From IMG/VR virus record IMGVR_UViG_3300033143_002040, positions 35,712-99,711 of that record: DNA of 64,000 nt. The stretch is one strand, 5' to 3'. The notes under the pieces are model-generated. The model was given only the letters and a program-made list of their open reading frames with translations. It did not search any database and was not told where the DNA came from. This document shows positions 36,396-45,413 of this stretch, piece by piece. The translations under genes were made by a program, and so were the position numbers. The DNA is from a virus (lineage: Duplodnaviria; Heunggongvirae; Uroviricota; Caudoviricetes). The first letter of the stretch is position 1. Each line of letters opens with the position of its first letter.

Positions 36396-37078
36396 TGGCA
36401 ACATTCACAAAACACGTAGGACGTAATAAACATGGATCACGACTTGTGGTTGTATTCAGAGAGATTCCAGGCGCGGAAGATCATTGTTTAGTTGTCTTAT
36501 CAGATAGCTTAATGGACATGTATCACGATCAATTGATTCGTGAGGTTAATAGTAAAGAAGCACAAGCAACTGTTGATTTGTTCGAAGTTCTAACCAGACG
36601 CACATTTGGCGACGGCTCTCAAATGCTTAATAGTCTACATGAGAAGGGTCTTTTAAAGAAATATCCAGTTTCTGAAATCGAAATGCAACCGATGCCTAAT
36701 CGCATAGTTCCATTATCAATGGTCAATGACCAGATTGCAGGTAAATCTCCTACTGATCCAGCAGACGTTACTCCAGTTGTAGAAGGCGCAAAAACAGCAG
36801 CGGATATCGCCGCAGATGTAAATGCTGATGATACGGGTGTATCAGTTGATACTGAATCTGGTCTAGTAAAAGTCGATGCAGCAAAAGTTGATCCAGTTGT
36901 AATTGGTCAAGCTGTCGGTCAGACTAGTGAAGAAGCAACAAAGGTAGCAGCAGAAAGCAAATTGCTACAAGCTCGTTTGCTAGAAGAAGATGCTAAGAAA
37001 ATGCGTGAGGAAGCTTATGCACTTGATCCAGCACTTAAGAAAGGTGGACGACCTAAGAAAACAAAAGAAACAACATAA
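36395..37078 (+). CDS. hypothetical protein (227 aa)
   Basis: ORF, ATGA-coupled. Confidence 0.5.
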   Translation: MATFTKHVGRNKHGSRLVVVFREIPGAEDHCLVVLSDSLMDMYHDQLIREVNSKEAQATVDLFEVLTRRTFGDGSQMLNSLHEKGLLKKYPVSEIEMQPMPNRIVPLSMVNDQIAGKSPTDPADVTPVVEGAKTAADIAADVNADDTGVSVDTESGLVKVDAAKVDPVVIGQAVGQTSEEATKVAAESKLLQARLLEEDAKKMREEAYALDPALKKGGRPKKTKETT

Positions 37079-37100
37079 CACTTAGTACAAGTGAATGAGA

Positions 37101-37124
37101 AGGGACGCTATGCGTCCTTTTTCT
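37101..37124. terminator. bidirectional intrinsic terminator between convergent genes (GGACGC-tat-GCGTCC + T-run)
   Basis: perfect 6-bp stem; T5; A-run on the opposite side. Confidence 0.7.
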
Positions 37125-37128
37125 TTGG

Positions 37129-37674
37129 TTATTGTAATGGGACATACGGAGTTGTTCGACGCTGATAAGTGCAACGATCATACAGAAGGTCTAGTTGTGT
37201 ATCATGCATTGGAAATACTACGCCGCTATCAACGATATGCCAATCCTCTATAAGTGGTGGAGGGAAATATGCATCGCCATCAAATTCTTGATGAATAACT
37301 GTAGCATAAATTTTCTGCGTATGTGGCATAGCTTGCTTATAAATCTCTGCGCCTCCAGCGATCATTATTTCATTATCTTTTGCAACGAGTTTCGCTGCAA
37401 ATATTGCTTTAGATACTTCGTGAAATATCTTAACATCTGGGTGATCTACAGTATAGTCTTTATCTCTAGTGAGCAAATATGTTGTCCGACCCATGAGAGG
37501 TCTATATTTTTCAGGAATTGATTCATACGTCTTGCGACCCATTATAACAATTTTGTCCATTGTTACTGCTTTGAAATATTCTAAATCTTCTCGTATGTAC
37601 CAAGGAATTTCATTTCCTGATCCGATAACGAAGTTGTGAGAAAAGGCTACAATTATACTTACAGTCATATACAT
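37129..37674 (-). CDS. frd: dihydrofolate reductase
   Basis: VIGSGNEIPW, IMGRKTYESIP, LLTRDKD, IAGGAEIY motifs. Confidence 0.85.
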   Translation of the reverse strand: MYMTVSIIVAFSHNFVIGSGNEIPWYIREDLEYFKAVTMDKIVIMGRKTYESIPEKYRPLMGRTTYLLTRDKDYTVDHPDVKIFHEVSKAIFAAKLVAKDNEIMIAGGAEIYKQAMPHTQKIYATVIHQEFDGDAYFPPPLIEDWHIVDSGVVFPMHDTQLDLLYDRCTYQRRTTPYVPLQ

Positions 37675-37707
37675 ATTTATCTTAATTAAAATCAGATAAA
37701 TAATAGT

Positions 37708-38040
37708 ATGGCAATAGAACTAAAATTCGACACAAGAGTTAATCTAGCAGAGCAACTTATCACCGACGGTGAAGTTAATCCTATAATTGACTTCGATGGC
37801 ACACGATATTCTATCTCAATAAGCAAAGCACGTGGAATGGTAGAGTGGCTTCCTTTCAAACTCACCACACAAACTATCATCGGAGACAAGATATACACAT
37901 ATCCGTATGCTGCCCATAACATTTTATTTGAAGCTCTCCTAGGGCCATCCTCGAAGACATATTCACGTTTTGCCACTAGCTCTGAGTCTACTTTCCCGAA
38001 TTTTCCTGTTCCTCCAGATATGGGATCAGTTACGCCATAA
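37708..38040 (+). CDS. hypothetical protein (110 aa); competes with the minus-strand ORF 37692..38201
   Basis: plus ORF ends just before the 38057 promoter; strand assignment uncertain. Confidence 0.3.
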   Translation: MAIELKFDTRVNLAEQLITDGEVNPIIDFDGTRYSISISKARGMVEWLPFKLTTQTIIGDKIYTYPYAAHNILFEALLGPSSKTYSRFATSSESTFPNFPVPPDMGSVTP

Positions 38041-38056
38041 AGTGGAAACATAGCTA

Positions 38057-38085
38057 TTGACTTCTGGTAATAGTGGAAGTATAAT
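38057..38085 (+). promoter_or_regulatory. sigma70-consensus promoter TTGACT-17-TATAAT, only ~6 nt before the ATG (near-leaderless)
   Basis: TTGACT 38057-38062; TATAAT 38080-38085. Confidence 0.6.
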
Positions 38086-38091
38086 ATGTGA

Positions 38092-38340
38092 ATGAATACT
38101 GAAACTGATACCAATGAAACTAGGTCTGCATTCGTGGTGTATGTTCCGAGCAAGGGATTCATCAAGAATAAGCAGAGAAATTTCACCGAAGACTTCGACA
38201 AGGCGCGCCTCTATGGCCGTGAGTCTGACGCATCGAATAGTCTTGGCATGAGTGGCCTTAAAGATTCGGGCTTCGTAATTCCAGTGAAGATGATCCTTGA
38301 TCCGAAGCTTATTTTCAAAGCGGTGCTTAAAGGCAAATGA
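38092..38340 (+). CDS. hypothetical protein (82 aa)
   Basis: ORF. Confidence 0.45.
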   Translation: MNTETDTNETRSAFVVYVPSKGFIKNKQRNFTEDFDKARLYGRESDASNSLGMSGLKDSGFVIPVKMILDPKLIFKAVLKGK

Positions 38341-38681
38341 ACTGGCGCGACTTTATATCTGCGTGGAAAGAAGTTCCTTCGTATCTCTATGATGCGAGCA
38401 TTACTCTTTGGGCTACTCCCCTCTGGTGGAAGATTACAACCATAATCTATCTTGTTACATTGTTCGGCGGAATGTGGTTTTCTATTACTGCGATGATCGC
38501 ATGGATGGATAGCTTGTCTGCGAACGTTGCGTATGAATACAACCCATTAGATGAACTGATATTTTGGGGATGGATGTTTGGTACTATCGCAGGTATGTTC
38601 GTCTATCGAGAAATCTTTAGTCGTGTCGCATCTAAGGTTCTTCTATTTCTCAATTGTATCGAGGAAGGCGACCTAGACTAA
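38337..38681 (+). CDS. hypothetical membrane protein (114 aa)
   Basis: multiple TM segments. Confidence 0.45.
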   Translation: MNWRDFISAWKEVPSYLYDASITLWATPLWWKITTIIYLVTLFGGMWFSITAMIAWMDSLSANVAYEYNPLDELIFWGWMFGTIAGMFVYREIFSRVASKVLLFLNCIEEGDLD

Positions 38682-38780
38682 TGGATAAAGACGTTCTACG
38701 ACGCATTGCTGAACGCGGTCTTGCTCGCGCACAAGATGAAGAAGATAGCGAATACTGCGATATTTTTCAGCACATCTTAG

Positions 38781-39080
38781 ATGAATTGGGACGAACGTAT
38801 GAATGACATTAAATTTGAACAAGGCAAGAAACTTTTGTTGGAAGGCTGGGTTTATTTATTCATAGGACAGCTTATAGTCGGCGGCCATTCAATTTATGAA
38901 TTAGCTGACAAATATCCTGACTTGGGAATTATCCAATATGCGTTTGTACTTTCGTTTGGGTCGGTAATCATAGCTACGTTTCTTTTAGGTGTTATTACCA
39001 TCTGCTACTTTATCGCAAAAGCAATTGGTGTTAAAATAGAGTCGTGGAGAGAGCGTTGTAGGGAACGTAACAAAACATGA
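38781..39080 (+). CDS. hypothetical membrane protein (99 aa)
   Basis: TM segments. Confidence 0.45.
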   Translation: MNWDERMNDIKFEQGKKLLLEGWVYLFIGQLIVGGHSIYELADKYPDLGIIQYAFVLSFGSVIIATFLLGVITICYFIAKAIGVKIESWRERCRERNKT

Positions 39081-39222
39081 ATATGTATGGCGGAATAAGG
39101 CCGCTACAAATTAATTCTGGAACATTCTGGCGTTGTCATCATGGACATACGTTACTAATGCCTTGCAAGCATTGCGGGCTTAAGCATCCTATTCGTTACA
39201 TCAAACATTGGTGGGCAGCACA

Positions 39223-39570
39223 ATGACTCATCTTTGGAAAACTTCTGAAACATATATATTTGATATGCCTGAAGTTCGCATAATGGATGTATATGGAAAA
39301 AGTGTACGACACCCACTAAAGCCATACCTTATGAAATTAAATCCGAAAGTGACTAATGTGAGGTTCTGCGAAGACGGCCACGCCACTCTCATCGACATTG
39401 GAATACCTAAATATCCCGATGAACATCCTTACTTTACATCAGACGATTCTCATGCGCTATTAGTCTCGTATATGGATTATGCTAATATGTCGTATGAAGA
39501 AATACACGCATGGTACAAAGATCCTGATGCATACAAAAAGTCTAAAGAGGATGACAATGACGTTAGCTAA
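39223..39570 (+). CDS. hypothetical protein (start MTHLWK)
   Basis: ORF. Confidence 0.45.
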   Translation: MTHLWKTSETYIFDMPEVRIMDVYGKSVRHPLKPYLMKLNPKVTNVRFCEDGHATLIDIGIPKYPDEHPYFTSDDSHALLVSYMDYANMSYEEIHAWYKDPDAYKKSKEDDNDVS

Positions 39571-39660
39571 GTTTATTGAGCTAGCTCCTTACTGGTGGTA
39601 CGCAGCAGGTTCTATCTGCTTCCTTATCGGATCGGTAATCGTAATACTAAAGAATATATA

Positions 39661-39825
39661 ATGAGTAATACAAAATTTTGTGCTTGTGAAGGCACGACTG
39701 ACGCACTACCCTCTGTACCTGTACTCACAGACGCAGCAATGTTTGAATCTACTAAAGATGGTGAAGAAGGCTTTGAGTGTAGATATTGCGGTGAATTCTA
39801 TTCAAAGGCTTCACTAAAGAGTTAA
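39661..39825 (+). CDS. small Zn-ribbon protein (54 aa)
   Basis: CACEG...CRYCGE. Confidence 0.4.
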   Translation: MSNTKFCACEGTTDALPSVPVLTDAAMFESTKDGEEGFECRYCGEFYSKASLKS

Positions 39826-39831
39826 GAGTGT

Positions 39832-40137
39832 ATGAAGAAATACTACACCTATCGCATTGGCTGGACTGAATTAGACCTTTATTACTACGGAGTACGCACA
39901 GCAAACAAATGGCAACCTGAAGAAGATTTCTGGGTTCAGTATTTTACGAGTAGCCCGTCAGTTGCAGTATTACGTGAACAATTTGGCGAACCTGATCTAC
40001 GAGAAATACGTAGAAGATTTGAAACAAGACTAGAAGCCAAGCGATGGGAAATGCGAGCATTGCGATATATTGGCACTCAACACCCCAAATATATCAACGG
40101 CAAACCTAGAGATTTTTATAAAGAATGGGCTAAATAA
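39832..40137 (+). CDS. hypothetical protein (101 aa)
   Basis: ORF. Confidence 0.45.
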   Translation: MKKYYTYRIGWTELDLYYYGVRTANKWQPEEDFWVQYFTSSPSVAVLREQFGEPDLREIRRRFETRLEAKRWEMRALRYIGTQHPKYINGKPRDFYKEWAK

Positions 40138-40170
40138 GTGTGTTGGTGGTAGTATATAACAGGAGTCATA

Positions 40171-40359
40171 ATGGAAATCGTATTAGCATTTTTTGTTTTA
40201 TCAATAGTAGCGTTCGTCTACTTTATCCCTACCATTGTCGCGTTCATGCGAGGACATCACAATCGTTGGCCGATTGCAGTTCTTAACTTTTTTCTTGGTG
40301 GAACTTGTATTGGCTGGGTGATTGCGTTAATTTGGTCACTAACTGTAGTTAAAGATTAA
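40171..40359 (+). CDS. small membrane protein (62 aa)
   Basis: two TM helices. Confidence 0.45.
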   Translation: MEIVLAFFVLSIVAFVYFIPTIVAFMRGHHNRWPIAVLNFFLGGTCIGWVIALIWSLTVVKD

Positions 40360-41327
40360 TTCTGTTTTAATATTTCTTTAACTGCTTTGTCCAAATCATC
40401 ACTATTAGTTTTACCGTTAAGATTGTCGATCATCCAATCACCAAATTCAACAGTTAGATAATCTGTTTCTGTATAGTCGCCAAACACATGACCGTTGGCC
40501 GCTACCATTCTGTGATTTTCATTTGCAACAACATAGTATTGATCTATAGTAGATACTGAAGGGTATCCTGCGGCTCGTACACGCATCCACTCACCGTCTT
40601 TGCATATAGTGTGCGTTCCTGTTACGTTGACACCGTCAACACCATACCAAGTTTCGTATTTGCCATTGCCTGTTATTGTTTGGTCTACTACGCCGCCCAT
40701 TTCCATTACATCACCAAATACAATGTCTTGAACTTCTTTGAGTGATCCATCTGCCATACGGAATTCTGTACCGTACATAAAACAGCCGCCTCCGCCGCCT
40801 CCGCCGCCGTCGCCAGAGAGTACTCGCCAGTCCATTGCTGCTGTTGCTAGTACAGTAGTTCCTCGTCTAATCTGAAAATCAAATTGTGCGTGTTGTTCAC
40901 CGACACCTGAACCAGAGCCTGCGGAATCAACAAAAGTCCATTCTCTAGTTGTGCCTAGATCAAACCAAGTATCTTCGTCGCCGTCGCTATCACCGCCTGT
41001 CGGCGTGGTTACTGAGTCTATCCAAACACCGCCGCTTGGTGAGATTCCAAATCCTTCATCTTTCACAACCCAATTGAGATTAGTTATGCGTACATCGTAT
41101 GAAGAAGATGCGGCCGTATTAGGAATTATCCAGTCTGTCAATGCTTCAAATTGTACGAATGAAAAAGTACGACGCCAGTTGCATGTGCCGTCTGTATTAA
41201 ACGCTCGGCCTGCCGTACGCATAGCACTAGAGGTACTGCTGTGGTCGAATGTCTGGGCTGTTATAGTAACACCACCTGTAGCAGCAGCAGTTTGAATGCC
41301 GCGATCTCCTGATGAACTAGTAGACAT
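40356..41327 (-). CDS. tail-fibre-associated protein with C-terminal Hint (Hedgehog/intein-like) domain after a poly-Gly linker
   Basis: GGGGGGGGCFMYGTEF...VTGTHTICKDGEW...VVANENHRMVAANGHVFGDY. Confidence 0.7.
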   Translation of the reverse strand: MSTSSSGDRGIQTAAATGGVTITAQTFDHSSTSSAMRTAGRAFNTDGTCNWRRTFSFVQFEALTDWIIPNTAASSSYDVRITNLNWVVKDEGFGISPSGGVWIDSVTTPTGGDSDGDEDTWFDLGTTREWTFVDSAGSGSGVGEQHAQFDFQIRRGTTVLATAAMDWRVLSGDGGGGGGGGCFMYGTEFRMADGSLKEVQDIVFGDVMEMGGVVDQTITGNGKYETWYGVDGVNVTGTHTICKDGEWMRVRAAGYPSVSTIDQYYVVANENHRMVAANGHVFGDYTETDYLTVEFGDWMIDNLNGKTNSDDLDKAVKEILKQN

Positions 41328-42943
41328 TATACTGTAATCTCACTACCCCAGATGTAAAAAGTATCAGCAGCAAAACGATACAAAGTTGCTACTCCGCCTG
41401 CACCGATAGTACATCCGCCTACTGTATCTGTACTTCCTACTCCTGGTTCAAGGTAGAATAGCGTTGCTGTACCATCAACAATAGTATAGTCTGTAGCTGA
41501 ACCATTTACAATAGATGTTACACCACCAACTGGAAAATCTGTTGTTCCGCTTCCCTCAAGAGTTAATGTGTGCGCTGCGCCGTCACTATGGCCTGTTAAG
41601 TGTCCGCAATGTCGTGCTTCCAATGCATCAGACGTATCCCAATTAAATTGTGGTAATGTATTGAAACCAATATCAAGCCATGTTGTATCATCATGCGCTC
41701 GAATTTGTGCGCTTGATGAGTTGCCTGTAGCTGCTCTATCCTGTGTTCTTAACGCATCATCACCAGTCCATTCTATAGTAACTGCGCCTGCGGCTGCGAT
41801 CCTTGGAGTTGTAATTTCTGTTACGAATACTGGACTATTATGTAATGCAAATGCTGATCCTGTACCTGTTGCAGTTGTTACGCCAGTGCCGCCACGAGTT
41901 GTTGCTAGCGTACCTGTGTGCGTACCAGAGCTTAAATTCAAAGCTGTAATAAGAGATCCGTCGCCAGCGAAAGCTGCTGCATTTAATTGGCCTGCGCTTG
42001 CATTATAAGATAGTTGTCCGCCGTCTATGTGTGGTAGCTGATTTGTTGCGCTGTTTGCTGTTACTAAAACTGGATATGTAGTTGTGTCACCGCTATCGCC
42101 ATCTATACTATTAATTGTAACATTAGTTGCATTAGAGGCTGTTGTTGCAGTTGTAGCTGTGGCTGCGTTGCCTACCAATGAGCCATTAAACGTACCTGTA
42201 AAAAATAATGTTACCAAAGTAGATGTTGCAGCATTATAAGTTAATCCGCTTGCATATAATGGATCTTGTAGTGTGCCGCCTGAAGTAGCTGCCTCATCAC
42301 CTACAAGCATAATGTTTGTTGTTGTATCAAGTGTCGAGGTTGTGTCTAGAATAACTTGGCCTGCCGATACCGATGGCGAAATCCAAGTATAGTTGTTTGA
42401 CAAATCAGCCGACAATACATAACCTGTACCTGCTGCGTTTGCTGGTAATGCTGGCTCTGCGCCGTCTGCTAATACACCTTGACTTGCTGTTGCAAATGCA
42501 GTAGCATGTAGACCATCAACTTGATCTGCATTTAAGTTTGAAACTACTGTATTGCTGTTAACAGTAATCGGCGCGCCTGCTGCTGAAAATACAGGCGCAC
42601 TAGTAAATGTTTTTACATCAGCAATAGACTCTGCACCTGAAGTATGAACTACATCAATGTCAAGTGGGATTTTATTCCAAGTTGAGCCGTCAAAGAGATT
42701 TAGGCGACCCGTACTTGGAGTGCTGTCAAACCAAAGTTGGCCTTTAACTCTCGTTGTTCCGAATGCTGGAGCAGTAGTGTTAGAAAAGTTTTCTAACTGC
42801 CTTAATTGCCCTGAGACAAAATCATCACCATAATTAATAGCGTCTTGTCCGATGAACGGAATATCATATTGATTGTTAATTGTTCCTGTTTGAACATTAA
42901 CTGTAAACGTTCCGTCTGATGATGTTACATTATAATCTGCCAT
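41327..42943 (-). CDS. tail fibre protein (Thr/Gly/Ala/Ser-rich), shares its N-terminal domain with 43642..45405
   Basis: MADYNVTSSDG...GQLWFDSTPSTGRLNLFDGSTWNKI; low-complexity fibrous body. Confidence 0.7.
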   Translation of the reverse strand: MADYNVTSSDGTFTVNVQTGTINNQYDIPFIGQDAINYGDDFVSGQLRQLENFSNTTAPAFGTTRVKGQLWFDSTPSTGRLNLFDGSTWNKIPLDIDVVHTSGAESIADVKTFTSAPVFSAAGAPITVNSNTVVSNLNADQVDGLHATAFATASQGVLADGAEPALPANAAGTGYVLSADLSNNYTWISPSVSAGQVILDTTSTLDTTTNIMLVGDEAATSGGTLQDPLYASGLTYNAATSTLVTLFFTGTFNGSLVGNAATATTATTASNATNVTINSIDGDSGDTTTYPVLVTANSATNQLPHIDGGQLSYNASAGQLNAAAFAGDGSLITALNLSSGTHTGTLATTRGGTGVTTATGTGSAFALHNSPVFVTEITTPRIAAAGAVTIEWTGDDALRTQDRAATGNSSSAQIRAHDDTTWLDIGFNTLPQFNWDTSDALEARHCGHLTGHSDGAAHTLTLEGSGTTDFPVGGVTSIVNGSATDYTIVDGTATLFYLEPGVGSTDTVGGCTIGAGGVATLYRFAADTFYIWGSEITV

Positions 42944-42956
42944 TTTCTCTTAGTCC

Positions 42957-43640
42957 TTATGTTGCGTCTGCGTCTATTACTATGGTTGCTGTGTCTAAAA
43001 CTGGGCCTGTTCCTTTTCGTATAGAAATGATACCGTCCCAATATTCACTATCGCCGTAGCCAGCACCTACTGTCCAACTGCATCTGTGGTCAAATGCTGC
43101 ATTGCCGTTAAATGTTGCGCCGGTTCCTGAACCACTTGTTGCAACACTAGAAATTGGATCAATAGGTAAAATGCCATAATCACCTGTGTGTGTAAACGTT
43201 AGTCCTGTTATTGCGCCGCCTGATACAGATGATACAGTTGCCTGTACTGGCGTGTCATATGTTCCGCCTACCCATTCAATCGTATCATTAATATTATAGT
43301 TTATTCCGCCGCCTACGATTGACCAACCGAAGCCTAAATATGCTGTCGCATTAGTCCATACTTCTGCGGCTGGGCCGCTCGGAGTGACTGAGCCTGTTCC
43401 TGTGTTTCGCTTCAATTGATATACAGGATTTCCAGGTGTAGCATCGACTGGATCAATCCAATTATACACAAACGTATCACCAGAATTACCTTCAAGACAC
43501 CACATTTGCCCATATGAATAGAAAATGGCCGTAGCAACGGCTCCAAATGCGCCAGCATCAGAACAAAACATATTTTCTAAATTAACCATTCCGCCTGCTA
43601 CACTAGCTGCGGTTGTAGTATCGAAGTGAATAAAACTCAT
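42957..43640 (-). CDS. tail-fibre-module protein (228 aa; start MSFIHFD)
   Basis: internal start directly after upstream stop; G/T/S-rich. Confidence 0.55.
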   Translation of the reverse strand: MSFIHFDTTTAASVAGGMVNLENMFCSDAGAFGAVATAIFYSYGQMWCLEGNSGDTFVYNWIDPVDATPGNPVYQLKRNTGTGSVTPSGPAAEVWTNATAYLGFGWSIVGGGINYNINDTIEWVGGTYDTPVQATVSSVSGGAITGLTFTHTGDYGILPIDPISSVATSGSGTGATFNGNAAFDHRCSWTVGAGYGDSEYWDGIISIRKGTGPVLDTATIVIDADAT

Positions 43641-43641
43641 A

Positions 43642-45405
43642 TTATGATATTCCGTTGCCCCAAATTTGCCAATTTGAAGCTGACTTCTTGCGTAGAGTAA
43701 CAATACCGTTGTAAGCAATTGTTCGTGTGCCAATGCTTGGTGCAGAGCCACTTCCGTCAACCCACTCTAAGTCAGTGATTGTTCCTTCTACTATCGTTAA
43801 CGTGCCTGTTCCATGATCGTTATGTACTACTAACGAACCACCAACAGGAATATCTGTATCAAGATCAAGTGTTATGATACGAGAAGTAGACGCACTCCTT
43901 CTTAGGAATTTACCAATGTCATCAGAATCAACCGTGCGCGCACTTGATACAATTGATTCTGGTGTTTCGTTAAAGCCTACGTTACGTTCTAAACCACCAG
44001 AATCACTGACACCAGCAGTTGTCGTAACATTTGTACCTGTAACTGCGTGGAGTGTCATAGCTTGAACGCCACCCTGAGTTACCGTCGTTTCAGTAGGATC
44101 TAGATTCATAACTAGTGTGTTTGCTGCATACAAATTTAGATCATCTACTAAAGCATTGACTTCACTAAAGCTGCTGCCGCTGCGAGTTCCCATGCGTATC
44201 ATCGTCTGGCCGTCATCGTTGTGATTTACAGAAACGAAGCCTTCATTGGTGCTGTTAGCGTTTGTAGTACCGAGTACTTTTACTTCTCCGCCGCCAGAAC
44301 CTGTTACTCCACTAAAGATTGTTGTATCAACCTTAAGACCGCCAGAGAATCCTGTAATGTTAAAGTCTACTGCTGTAGCTGCAACAATATCAAAGTCGCC
44401 CGAAGCACTATCAAAATCTACTGCAACATCGTCACCAGTGCCAAACAAAATCTTATCATTGTCTTGTAGATCAAGGTCACCATTGAATGTAACTGTAGCA
44501 GAGAATGTTGTTGCTGCTAATGTTCCAGGTGCAGAACGATCAATGAGGTTAGCTTCTAATATGCTACCGATGTTTGTTGCTGATAGGTTTGATCCATTCC
44601 ATGTTAATGCACCAGCAGTATCAATCCAATCACCACCTGAGCGATAAAGTAGATCATTGTCCACTGCACCAGCTAAAGTAACGTCTGTCAAGTCACTGAA
44701 TATCGAGACTCCTGCTGAACCTGCTACCCAACTTGGGAGACCTGCTGCTAATGTTAGTACATCACCGTTTGTACCTATTACTAATTTTGTTAGAGTATTG
44801 GCGCCCGATGCATATAAAATATCACCAGCCACATATGATGTTAGTCCTGTTCCGCCGTATGTTTCATCTAGTTCTGTTACTAGTGTTAGTTCTGGTAGAT
44901 TAACTATTGAAACACCTGTGACATTTATATCAGCAGTCGATGTGCCAACGATATTAAGGTCTGTATCATCGTGTGAAAATGCTATAGAGTTTCCTGGAGT
45001 CGGGCCAATAATAGCAAGCGAACCAGATCCATTAATTGTGATTCTCGTATCTTCTGTATACTTTTTATTTGTATCGTCCCATCGTACCACAGCAGATTCA
45101 AGAGTACCAGTATTAGTATTTGCTACTTGATCCCATGTCGAGCCATTGTAGACGTTAAGGGATCTCGTTGCTGCTGTAGTATCGTACCATACTTGACCTG
45201 TTGCTCTACCTGCAGAACCTGTTGTTGGTGCTGATGTATTCGCAAAGTGTTCTAGCAACCAATAAAATGACGTTGCTACATCTAGTCCGTAAGAAACTGC
45301 ATTCTGACCGACTAGCTGTAGATCAGTCTGCGTATCAGGAGATACCGCGTCTGCAATCGCTGGGCCAGGGTTGCCGTCTGATTTTGTTATGTTATATGTT
45401 GCCAT
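43642..45405 (-). CDS. tail fibre protein (587 aa)
   Basis: MATYNITKSDGN...GQVWYDTTAATRSLNVYNGSTWDQV N-domain; fibrous repeats. Confidence 0.7.
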   Translation of the reverse strand: MATYNITKSDGNPGPAIADAVSPDTQTDLQLVGQNAVSYGLDVATSFYWLLEHFANTSAPTTGSAGRATGQVWYDTTAATRSLNVYNGSTWDQVANTNTGTLESAVVRWDDTNKKYTEDTRITINGSGSLAIIGPTPGNSIAFSHDDTDLNIVGTSTADINVTGVSIVNLPELTLVTELDETYGGTGLTSYVAGDILYASGANTLTKLVIGTNGDVLTLAAGLPSWVAGSAGVSIFSDLTDVTLAGAVDNDLLYRSGGDWIDTAGALTWNGSNLSATNIGSILEANLIDRSAPGTLAATTFSATVTFNGDLDLQDNDKILFGTGDDVAVDFDSASGDFDIVAATAVDFNITGFSGGLKVDTTIFSGVTGSGGGEVKVLGTTNANSTNEGFVSVNHNDDGQTMIRMGTRSGSSFSEVNALVDDLNLYAANTLVMNLDPTETTVTQGGVQAMTLHAVTGTNVTTTAGVSDSGGLERNVGFNETPESIVSSARTVDSDDIGKFLRRSASTSRIITLDLDTDIPVGGSLVVHNDHGTGTLTIVEGTITDLEWVDGSGSAPSIGTRTIAYNGIVTLRKKSASNWQIWGNGIS

Positions 45406-45413
45406 TGTTCGTA

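Noticed and set aside
37692-38201. Minus-strand 169-aa ORF upstream of frd as a gene (e.g. a truncated thymidylate synthase)
   Set aside because: Too short for ThyA and no ThyA motifs. It overlaps a consensus plus-strand promoter and the start of the 38092 gene. Kept only as an ambiguity.
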